DNA from: Monocercomonoides exilis PA203
Lineage: Eukaryota > Protista > Preaxostyla
Direction of reading: 5' to 3'
DNA length: 64,000 bases
NCBI GenBank assembly: GCA_001643675.2
Contig: LSRY02000061.1
Location: 186,001 to 250,000 of the forward strand
Made by a program: the position numbers and the translations under genes. This document shows, piece by piece, positions 9,188 to 21,100 of the stretch (its first letter is position 1; every line of letters starts with the position of its first letter). The notes under the pieces are model-generated. The model made no database searches and was not told the origin of the DNA. It worked only from the letters and a program-made list of their open reading frames with translations.

Positions 9188-12100
9188 TCACCCATTTTCT
9201 CTCAAAGATGCTACAACCTCTTTCAACGAGCACCTTTCATTTGGATCATCTGCCCACATCTTCTCCATCAGTATAACCATTTCTTCTTCCTCTATCCCTT
9301 CTGTCAGTGGCCGAACGCCATCTCTCATCATCTCCTGTGCTTCTTCTGAATTGCACTCGCTCAAAGGAACTTCTCCTGTTATCATTTCATGAAGAATCAG
9401 TCCCAGCTTGAAAACAACTGCCTGTTCAATTCCTTCATCTTCCACTTCTTCATCTTCATTTCCCACTTCTGGTGCTTTCCATCGCTTTATTTCTTCTATT
9501 TCCTTTTCATCTTTCAATTCCTCTGTCAAAATGAATATTTCATTTGTTTCTTCCTCAACAAAGATCGAATATGTGCACAATTGTTTCCCCATCATTTCCA
9601 CTCTTTCGTCTCCAACAGTAATCAAATGTTCAAAAAGTCCTGCAATTGCCAAAATCACTTCCTTCCCATCAACAACATCCATCGCTCTTGTTCCCAGTGT
9701 GAAATTACCTTGAACTGAATGAATCGCAGAATGCAATGTTTTGATGTTCTTTTTCTCCTTTTCTCGAAATGGCTTCTTTGCTGATATCACATTGAGTGAG
9801 TGAGATTGTGACACTCCAGAAGCAGAAGCATTCTCAGAAAAAGGTACTGGAGATTCCAAATCTGGAAGATCATTTTCATTCAGTATTCCATCAGTCATTG
9901 AAGGAGGCTCTGGAAGATCTTCTTCATCGTTGTCAATCAGTAAAGGAATTTGACTTGACATTCCTTCCAGTAATGTGGATGGCATTTCACTCATCTCAAA
10001 GCTTCTTCCTTCGTTCTCTCTTCTCCTTTCTGCATTCCTCATTATCTGCTCATTTTCTAATCTCTCTTTTATAACTTTATTTTTTGCTTCCTTTAGTTTC
10101 TTTTGCAGCAGCACAACCACCACAATGAAAGCAATCATGGATATTAAAAAGAATGCTGCAAAAACAATCATCCCAATAATGGGCCACGAAAATTCAATTT
10201 CATTGTCTCCTTCAACAATGTTCCCTTCTTCATTTGAATGCGGATCGCTTCTGTTTTTTAGAACGAAAGCAACTGTGGAACTCAAAGCAGCAGGATCTCC
10301 AAATAGAATGCACACCGACACTTCTGTCTCCTCTCCTGCCTCATAAATCGTCTTTGAAGGCACTGCCCCCAACACTTCCGCCTCCGACACAAACCTTCCC
10401 TCTTCAAACGAGTATCTCTCCACCAACGCCTCCGACCCAACCCTCTTCACCACCCGAAACGACAGATTGCACGGCACAAGAAGTGATCCCAGGAACTTTA
10501 ACGTTGTCTCGCCTCCATTTTCTTCAGATTCCACTCTTTCCAGTTGTGGTATAAAAAACGCTGATTCTCTTTCTTCCGCAATCCCTTTCAGTGTGCATCC
10601 TTCATTTAGAATCCACAGCGACGACCCCTCCTTCACTCCGTCTTCTCCTTTTACACTTGCCACCTTTAACAACCCAGAGCCTGCACAAACGATATTTCTC
10701 CGAATTGACTGATAATTTTCTATCTTCGGATTGTTGTTTATGAATTTTCCATCCTCAATCATCATGCTCCCTCCAAACACGCTCATTCCTCCTATTGAGC
10801 TGTTTGCAATCGTGGTATCTTTCATCGTAGAGGTGCTGTTTTGCACGTCTGCAAGTGAGCCATTCCATGAACATAGCTCATTTGTATTGCAGACGCTGTT
10901 GTCCAAAACTTCTGAATTCTTATTTCCTTCAAATATGCAAAAATCAAATAGAACTTTAGAACTCGAACTAATTTTAACGAGAATTCCTCTTTTCAACGTT
11001 TGTGGTAATCCACAAAACGAACAATTTGTAAGAGTTAATTCCTCGACTGAAGTTGCAGATAGAAATTTAAAAGGATTAGCTGTAGAAGAAGCAAAAGATG
11101 AAGCAAGCGAGTTGTTTGCAAACTTCGAATGAGAAACATTGATTTCTTTGCTGTTCTCACAAACTATTGCTCCGTCGGAAGAACACATCGAGCTGAACTC
11201 TGAATAGGTCACAGAAACAGAACACGAAGAAGAGACTTGGATGACAGAATACAGCAGAGTTAGCGAGGAGAATAAGCAGGAGTTAATAGTTCCGTTCCCC
11301 TCGCTGAAGTCTAAAAGAGAAAACAGCGGAAGGCTCGATTCAGATGAAAACGAGCAGTTTGCCAGCTCAACCACTCCACAACGAGGAGAGATGAAAGACA
11401 AATGCGAACACACAAAATCTTGCTCAAAAATAAACCAAAGATTCGCAATCGAAACAACTTCCAAAGTTGCAATCACAGCTTCATTGGCTGATGATGCGAT
11501 GGAATTTATTGTTACATTGCTCTGAGACTTCGATCTCGAAGCAAGAAGAAGCCTATCCAGCGTGAGCTCTTCTTCAATGAAGGTCCCTCCGTCGACAATC
11601 AGACGCGAATCAAAATCTGAAGTCACATGCGAAACAGCATAACCCAGCGACAAGCAAGGCTGTACATATGTGCCACACCTCCTCTCGTTCTTCCCTCCCT
11701 TTCCGCTAACTGATGACACCACAATCGTGTCTGCCTGGAAGATTGTGATAAAATCCATCAGATTTGTATCTACTATGTGATCTGTTGTGTCGATCCCATA
11801 AATTGCATTCAGTCTCACATAAATGCTTTCCCGCATATCGAACCTGAACTGCGCTTCGTTGATCTGTTCTGAGATGCTGTTGCACGACACATAAATATCG
11901 TTCCCCACCTTTGCACTGTTCCCTGCAAACGACACGCTCTGGAACACGAAGTCCAGCACCCCGCTTCTCATTGCCTCGATGTAAAATACACCCCCTCTCC
12001 CTTCATCCGAGCAGCAACAACGAATTATCGTTGATTTCAAAACAGAAAATGAGCCCTCTTCTGGAAGTATGACAAACACAGCCCCTCCTTTTTGGCTTTG

Positions 12101-15100
12101 CCCCGCAATGCAATCGCTCACTGAAGTCCCATCTATCTCAATCCAAAAATTTCTTTCTCTTTTGCTGTTGATAACTGATGCCCCGTTGTCTGTTCTGCTC
12201 ACTGATAATATTGCCGACGAGTTCAGTCTCAATCCGCTTTTTTCATTTGCATTCACCCCCTTTGCTGAGCCTGCCACTTCCATAACCTCAAAGATGCTCC
12301 CATCTGAAATGTTCACAAATGTACACGTGAAATTGTTTGCCATGCAAGCTACAGACCCAATGAAAATGGCGCTTTTCCCAAGACTTGTCAACTCCATTGA
12401 CACTTCTGCAAGCAAAAGCTGCCCTCTAACGCAGACAATAAAGCTACACCTGCTAATTTGCATCCCTCCCAACATAACTTCTGCTCCCAACGAGCACTGC
12501 CCCAAAGACACCATCCCACTTTCACTCAAAATCACTTCCGAAGCAGAATTATCGAAGCTCGATGCAATGATCAATGAAATATACTTTAGGGACAGTTCCG
12601 CTGTGCATCGCAAAAACGGCTCTGATACTTCTCCTGCCTTTTCCCTAAACAGAAGCATCGACTCCTGTTTTTCTTCTTCCTCCAACGAGCTTGATTGGAT
12701 GGTGAAGTTGGAGAGAGTGAAGGTGTCCGCAACTTCAGTGGATTTGGTAATGGAGATGAGCTTTGGCGAGGCCTCGTTGCTGATCTGCTGCATCCCTTTC
12801 CAGAACGAGCAGCATGGATCAGCTGAGCTTCCACATCTCATCACATCCTCTCCGTCCGCCGATAGAAAAATTGAAGATGAGGTATAAGAAACCAAATATC
12901 TGAATAAATCCAGTTCTTCGCTTTCTCCTTCAATCCCCACAAACGCGTTGCTGTCTTCTTTCATCGACTCGAATGAAAATGCAAATGTTGCCAAAGTGAC
13001 TGAAGCGTTCAATTCAGTAGATGCAATAAATATGTTTTTCCCTAGCTGCGCATCATTTCTCTCAAACGTCATTTCACCTTCAAATCGTAGTGGTGTTGTT
13101 GCTGTCGATTTCGAGCAATCTACATATAAAAATCCCCCTTTCCCGTTTTTGATGGAGCATTTGCACAGCTCTGCTTGGCAGCTCTTTACACGCAGCAGGT
13201 CTGATCGCTCCAGACAGACAGACATTGCACCGCCTTCTGTGCTCGTGGGAGAGCAAATGTTGTGGAAGCAGCACTCCTCGAGTGTAACATAAGACGAAAG
13301 TGCGAAGGGGCAGCGTGCAAACACCAACGAAGAAACAGACACATTCAGCAGCTCAGCTGTTCCTCCTTTGTTTGACAGCAGAACATATTCCAGCACAGAA
13401 GTTGCATCAGAATGGAACGAGGTTGAGTTGAAGATGAGATACCCATCAGACGATGAAACAACGGAAGATCGTTCATTTGAAAAGAACGCAGGAAGATGGA
13501 ACTGCACAGAAGAAAATGAAAGCGAATTGTTCGAGCTGAAAATAGACTTGCTCGAGCCGTCTGATGTTTGAGAAATTGACAGTCTGGCGAATTCATTTGA
13601 AGCAGCTGCAGAAGACAATCCAATGCTGAGCTGAGAAAGGCCAAATTCATAGCACTCACATATTGCTGCCTCGTCCAGAATTTCAACAAAACATGGCTGC
13701 GAGTCTTCAATTGCTTGCAAGTTGTTGATGCCCCGCCACAACGAGTGGCAAGGTGTTTCTGCCTTTCCACACCCGATAAAGTCGATTCCAGCCGATCCAA
13801 CGCTTATCATCGATGAAGAATATTTCACCAAAAAATACAGCAGATCTGCTGAAACACTCACAAAATGCGTTTTGTCTCTTCCTTTCAGATCGACTTTTGT
13901 CTCTCCGTCTGCTCCAAAATACTCGAAATCAAACAGAGATGGAATGATTGACGCGTTCAAATCAGCGCTTCTCACAAACATGTCTTTCCCTTCAAATGCA
14001 TCATTTCCGCTGAATGTTAAATCAGAAAACAAATAGGCATTGACATTCTCCTTCAAATCGAGATAGATTCCGCCTCCTTTCCCATTAACCGCATTCACTT
14101 CACAAGATACAATTGATGTTTTGTTCACAATCAAAGATCCTTCTGCTTCAAGAATACAATTTAGAATTCCTCCATCTCCTTTTATCGAAGAACATCCATC
14201 AAATGTGCATGCTCCGCTAACATGTACTGATTTCGGGCAAATAATTTCCAATACATGTCCGTTTCTTGTTTCACAGTTAACGAATTCGGTGTTCTTAAGT
14301 GTAATATCACAATTGTCTCTTCCAACAATTAATCCGTTTGGAGCATCAGATGAAACAAAAGAAAAACTGCAAGACTCCAAAGAGAGTGATGCACCTTCAA
14401 TCGAAGCTATTCCGCCTGACAGAAATGGAATCTCTCCAAGAGCGCAAGAGGAAAAATGCACAACTCCGCCTCCTCCTGAAACAATCCATTTCGAAGGATT
14501 GGAATTTCTGCTGCTTCCTTGCTCAAATGAGCAATCGAAGAATGAGCATTGGCCAATGCTAACTTCCACAAGTGAACTCATTTCTGGTGAAGGATTGGGA
14601 GACGATGGAAGCACAAAGCAAAGCTTGGAAAATGTGAGGGTGGTTGAGCGAGTTCCTTCGACAAGCTCAAATTTTCCATTTCTTCCAAATATCATCGCTT
14701 TTGTTGTTGTATAACTTTGAATGGTGAGGGAGATTCCGCGCCTGTTCACAACAGCATCAATGGGGCTGTTTCCTACGAGCTGTATGATCGATTGAGAAGA
14801 ATTCATTTTATAAAAGCCCAGCTCCACTGAAGTGCATGGGTTCATCTCCAATCCACAGTTCATAGCAGCTGATGCACCTCCATCCACAAACACAAACGAG
14901 GTTGATGGAGGGAACAGATAGTCGATCATTGTGACACCTCCATCTGCCGGCTCAGACAGACGGCGCACCCACAGCCGGTCAGAGGCAGTGTCTTCAGATG
15001 CTGACCCATTCCAATACATCAGAAGGATTGCTGCCCCTGGCTCTTCGCAGACAACATACGCATCCTTCCCGCGCAATGCTCCGTTGTTCTCGAACGTGTT

Positions 15101-18100
15101 GTTCCTCATCGAGTAATCGAGATGGGAAGAGCCAAATGTGAGGAACAGCCCTCCCCCATATCCATCTCCACTGGACACAATGCAGAACTCCACTTTGTTT
15201 CTCTCGAATCGGAAGATGCCCCCTTCTTCCACATCCATCAGCACACACCCTCCAATCGTTCTTGCCGAATAGCATCCACACAGCTTGAATGAGCAGTTCT
15301 CCTCACCCAATACCTCGCCAGTACCCATTTCACCCACAATCACTCCTCCATCTCCGTTTGTTCTGCTCAGATTCGAAAATGTCACATTCTTCAGAAGACC
15401 ATTTGCCAGTGAATTAATTGTGATGTGGTTGTTGTTAGCCATCGTAGAATTTTCGATGTTGCTGTTCTCAATTGTCAATTTTTTCCCACTCGTAATCAAA
15501 ATCATAGCTCCCTCTTCTTCTCGGCTCAGCTTTGATGCTTCCATTCCTTCAATCGAACATTCAGCATTGTTTCCATTGAGTACAATAATCTCTGCATTTC
15601 CCATTGCAAAGTCCTTTATTTTACATCCATTCAATTCCACTTTCCCACTTGTTATGTGTATGATCCTGTACTCAACGGCTGAGCTGCTGCTGTTCTGAAA
15701 CTCACATCTGTGAATGGTAAGAGTGGCCGATGAGCACAGGAACAGAGTAGTGCGTGAGAGCTCGTCGAATGATCCTGGCAGTCCAAACACAATTTCACTG
15801 AACTTCACATTCACCGAAGAGCACAACAATCCGGCGCCTTCTCCAATTCCATCACTCCTCACGTCAGTTACGCCTCCAATCTGCTCAGCATTCACTTCGG
15901 TTGGCTGTGTGTCAAAAGATATTGCATCCTTGAAGGAAAAGTCCGCTGTCAGCCTGATGGATGCGCCAGATGAATTTGATGCTGGAAAGCGCTTGTAGAT
16001 CGTAAAGGGGATTGTTGCACAAGGGTATATAGAAACACCGCACATGCGATAGTCAAATCCAGTGTTTCCTCCTACAGTTGCAGGAGGCTCAAACGTCAGC
16101 AGAAACACAACCAAAGGAATAGCATACGAAACATTCCCATCTTCAAACCCACACAGCTTCCCAAACTCAGCTGTTGACTCTTTATCGATATCAAACTTGA
16201 ATGACTGGTTGGTGACGATTTTGTCCAGGCTGTATCCTTCAACAAACGCATTGCTTCCACCTCCCTCTGCTTCGTTGCTTGTGCCATCTCCCTCGGTTCC
16301 AAAGGATACAGCTGTGAGGACAAGATCAGCCAGCCAGTCTGCACACTTCAGAAATACTCCTCCCCCAAATCCACATTTTGGCAAGGTGCCTTTTGCACTG
16401 CATCTGGCAAATCTTGTGGCTGTGCCTTCCTTGCCAATCCGAATTTTTGCAGTGGAGCTTGTGCTGATGTATACCCCTCCACCACATCCCCTCACCGAAG
16501 AACAGCTATCAACTGAGACATCGTTCAGCTCCAGTGACTCGTTTTCACCAATGTCTGCCTTGATCACGCTTCCATTTCCTTCGTTTCTGGTGATCCCTGA
16601 AAAGGTGTTGTTTTCAACAACCAGACTTTTGCCATGCTTGCCTTCCACAAATGAGCAGCATGAAGAGGCAGATTGGCTGATTGTTGTGTTGTGCATGCTC
16701 AGTGTGCCAGCTGATGAGTATGCGATGATTCCTGTCTCAACAGCAGATGTGACATTTGTCCATGTGCACGAGTCAATTGCTCCACTCCCTTTGCTGCACA
16801 CTTTCACCATCTCGGCTGACTGAAGCCCGATTGAGTTCACTGTGAATCTGGTCATCGCAAACGAGCCTTCAACAACAGCCAAAAACCCAAAAGCGCATTT
16901 TTCTTCACCTTGTTCAGATAGTATTGAGCAGTCTTCCAGATTGAGCATCGCATTTGCACTGCACACAAGATACACCGATGATTGAGGGCTGGGGATTGTT
17001 GGCTGCAGGCAAAAGGCGAGATGTTTCCATGCTGATGCTTGCTCGATTCTTATCATCGCTTCTGATGCTCCTGTCTGGGCACCAATCATCCTCATCTTTG
17101 TTTCTGCCACTGTGCCTTTAAATGTGATCTCGTTGGTGCCTGAGAGGGTGATTGCCTCGCTGAGTGCATAGACTGGATGCACAATCAGTTCTCCTGACTC
17201 GTCTGTTCGCTGCGTCAGAGCAAAGGTAATCGTCTGGCACCCATAATCTGCGAATCCGCATGCAGACACATCGTTTCCTTCTGAAAGCACATGCACATCT
17301 GATTCACGAGGCAGCAGATAAAACACAAGAGGGATAGCAACACTCGGCCATTTGGAATCGGTTCCAGCACAGCTTTCAGGAGCAAATGGCGCATCTTGAT
17401 GGAAGAACTGGAAGGCAGCTGTGGTGATGCTGGATGTCAGATCGGCAGAGGACACAAACAAATCATTGCCATGCTCAGCTGTGTTTGAGGCAAAACTCAG
17501 GGTATTTGCGAGAAGATATCTGGTGTTGACTTCAGAGAAATCAATGAGAACGGCGCCTCCCTTCCCTTTTGAGCCTGCACTTGGCTTTGGTGCCTGGCAC
17601 GATGTGAATGCAGATGACTCGAGTGTGAGTGCTGATTGGCTGCTGATGTGAAGCGCAATGGCTCCACCTCCTTTGCCATTTTCAGTCGCTGTGCATTTTG
17701 TGAATGTGCAGTTGCTTGCTGTGAACGAGCTCGCAAAGCCACTTCTGGTGTTCAGAAACACACATGAACCATCTCCTGCTGTTCTTTTGATCTCTTCAAA
17801 AGTGGTGTTCTTTATAGTTATCGAATATGTTCCTGAGGAACTGACGATAAATGCAGAACTTGTCAAATTTGAGCTACGAAATGTGCTGTTGTTGATTGTT
17901 GTGATGTTCCCTGAGTCGACAGATATCAGCCCATTGCTACAAGATGTTGTCATTCCATTTGCATCCAAAGCGTCGAAATCTGCAGAGGCGCTTCCGCTGA
18001 TGGCAACAAACGGTGCATTGCCAAAACTCAGCTTCTGTGCAAGAGGAGCAGCAAAGTGAGTGATTGACAGTTTTCCACTTGTGATCTTCACGAGGCAATA

Positions 18101-21100
18101 CGAAACAGAAGCACCCGAAGCAGCTGGCACAGCCGCGCAGTCAGTCACCGACAGCACATTAGCATTCGAGAGGATAAAGGCGCTCCTCCCATTCAAAGAT
18201 GCCTCGAGCACAAACTTGATTCTGCTGAAACTTGTCTCCACAGAATTGATCAGAAGCCCCTCACTCACTTTCGCTTGCGAGGAGCCAACATTGATGGGCA
18301 TGCTGTCTTCTTCAGCATCAAACGAATATGATTGACTGTTGAGGAGCGTTTCTGTTCGGAAGGAGAAGGAAGGCAGAAAGCGAATATTTCTCTTTGTGCT
18401 GGCAAATCGCGCGGCTGAAGCGCCTTCCACGCTCTGGCACGGATAGTCGCTGTATCCGCAAAAACGATAGTTGCTATCAGTGCTCTGTCCAGACACATAT
18501 GCTGGAGAAGTGAAGTTCCTCAGAAACACAACAAGCGGGATGACCATGTTTTGATCTACGTTCTCCATCCCGCTCAGTTCATCCAGATCTGTCGAATCAA
18601 CAGCAACAGAAGGGTTGAATGCCAGCGTTGCTGCGTTAATAACCTTTGACAAATTTTTGCTTTCAATAAATACTTTTTTCCCTTTCCAGCCGTTGCACAC
18701 AATAAACTGAAGCATTTTGAGCTTGAAATCATCGGCTCCCTCCATAACCTGTATATAGATTCCTCCTCCTTTTCTCTTTTTCTGGCTGTCTGTAGGAACA
18801 GTGCATGTGTCGAACATACAGTCAGAATCCGCCCCAATTTGCGCATTGCTAAGTGCATCTAGCTCCAGATACAACGCACCTCCATTCCCATCCAAGCACT
18901 TGCAGTTCTTCATCGAAACATTTGAAAGAACAAAGCTCTCTTCTGCTTGGACAGCCTTGCTGAATACTGAGCCATCGCCTGTCCTGCGACTGATCATCGA
19001 TATCTTCGCATTGCTCAGCACAAGATGCGCCTGCTGCTCCGTGGCAAACAACGATGTGCTCTCAAAAAGCACAGAAGATATCTCACAACTCTCGAGAGTG
19101 GCCCTGCCCTTTGTCAGCACAAAGAACGGTTTGTTGAATGCAGCTGAAGTTGAATCAGCCTTCAATGTGCATTCATGCAGCGCAAGCACAGAATCCTCGC
19201 TGTTCTCAGCAAATAGGCATTTATCTGGAGAAGATGTCGAGCTGTGAACAATCTGCATTCCGCGCATGGTCAACGATCCACCAAGAAGAGTGCAAAATGC
19301 GCTACTAGATGGTATTGTACGTATTGTTATACTCGATGAAGAAGTGTTCTTTTCAATGATAATGTTTTGAAAAGTGAGCGGAATTGAGGCCTCTGAATAT
19401 TCTCCAGAATAGAGCTTGATCGATGTGTGAAAAGAGTTTACCCAGTGATCGCAAGAATAGCCCAATGTGCCGCATTCATTTGAAAGATCGCCACATCCAG
19501 CCACATCTCCAGACTCTCGCATTGGATCCACATGAATAACAGTTCCAGATGGATTCGGGGTTAGATTGTTTCGCTCTTCTCCACTTGTGCACTTGCGAAG
19601 CCCTTGTGTGCACATCCAAACTCTGTTTTGTTCACTCAACGAAAAGCAAAATTGGAAACAAGATGAGTTCATAAGATTATAATAATTTTCTGTGAAAGCA
19701 ATATCATTTCCGATTTGTGCTGTGTTATTAGCAAAAAAGCAAAATGAAAATTGCAGCGCATAAACAGCTTTGCTATCTTCCCTCATTACATATATTCCGC
19801 CTCCAATTGTATCAGCAAAGTTAGAATTGACAAGCCAGTCACTGGCAGTCATCGAAGAAAAAGTGTTGCACAACATAATTGCTCCTGCTTCACCGTTCCT
19901 GCTTTTGCTTTGAATCATTTTTAAAGTTGAACAAACAATAGGAGCTGTTGATCCATAAATAATTCCAATTCCTCGGAGATCAGCATCACATTGAGAAGCA
20001 TTTAAATTTGAGATTGTGACGGAAGAATTTAAATTTTCTATTCGCATAAATGCTTCCGTTGAAATAGCGAAACATTTTTCAGCTGAGCAATTCTGAATTA
20101 ACAATGGTCCAACATTGTATAAATATAGAGCTCCTCCGTATCCATCTGTAATGGTATTGTTGCATCTATCAAAGAAGCATTCTCTCATTGTGAACGAATT
20201 CGTTTCACGTGCAAAAACAGTTCCTCCATGCGTATCATTACCATTAACATTGAATATTGTCTGCTCAATCACAACGTCCCCGTCTGAGCTGTAAAATACT
20301 TGCCTGTTTTGCTCAGTTACTGTGCAAGCAAAAAAGGATGTGTTGTGACAAACAAATGACGATAGCGGCTTGCCAATTACAAGCACAGAGCAGAATGGAT
20401 CCTCCACCTTTGAAATTTCGCACTCAACAACTGAACTCTCTCTTGTCTTCAGTAAAAATTGTTTGTTAACGGTGTTGGAACTGCAATGGCTTATGTTTCG
20501 AAATGTGCATCCCATTATGAAAAACTTATCAATGTTTCCCGAAGCAGCAAGTGGATAAGCTGTTTTAACAGCAAGAGAAGAAAACGCAGAAGACTGCAGA
20601 CAGAGCGAGCTTTCATTGTGCAATTCTGCAATGGCACCTCGAACGATATTTTGCTTTTCAAAATAGGAGATGGAGATGTTGGACAGTTCAAGCACACTGG
20701 ATAAAGAAGAAAATGGTGCGGTATTACAATTGGACAAAATCAACATGCAACTGTGAACAGTGCACTCTGATCCTTGCACAATGGAAAATAAAGAATTATC
20801 TCCCTGTTGAAGAAGAATTGTTTGTGACGCATCCAATGAAGAATTAATTGTGCTGATGGATGATGAAAGAACGCTTGAAGCCTCATGGGCGTTGGGATTG
20901 TTGATTGAAGAATAAGACTGAATTGATGAAATTTCCAGTTGTTCTCTTCCTTTGAATTTTTCGCTTGGTTCATGATTTTTAATGAAGGAAATGCAAGAAT
21001 AGTAAGAAATGGCACAATCAGTTGTTGTAATTGGTAATGCACAAAAACTTGACTTTATCTCCGTAGTAAATCGAAATTGAAGCAAAATAAGAAGGGCTAC

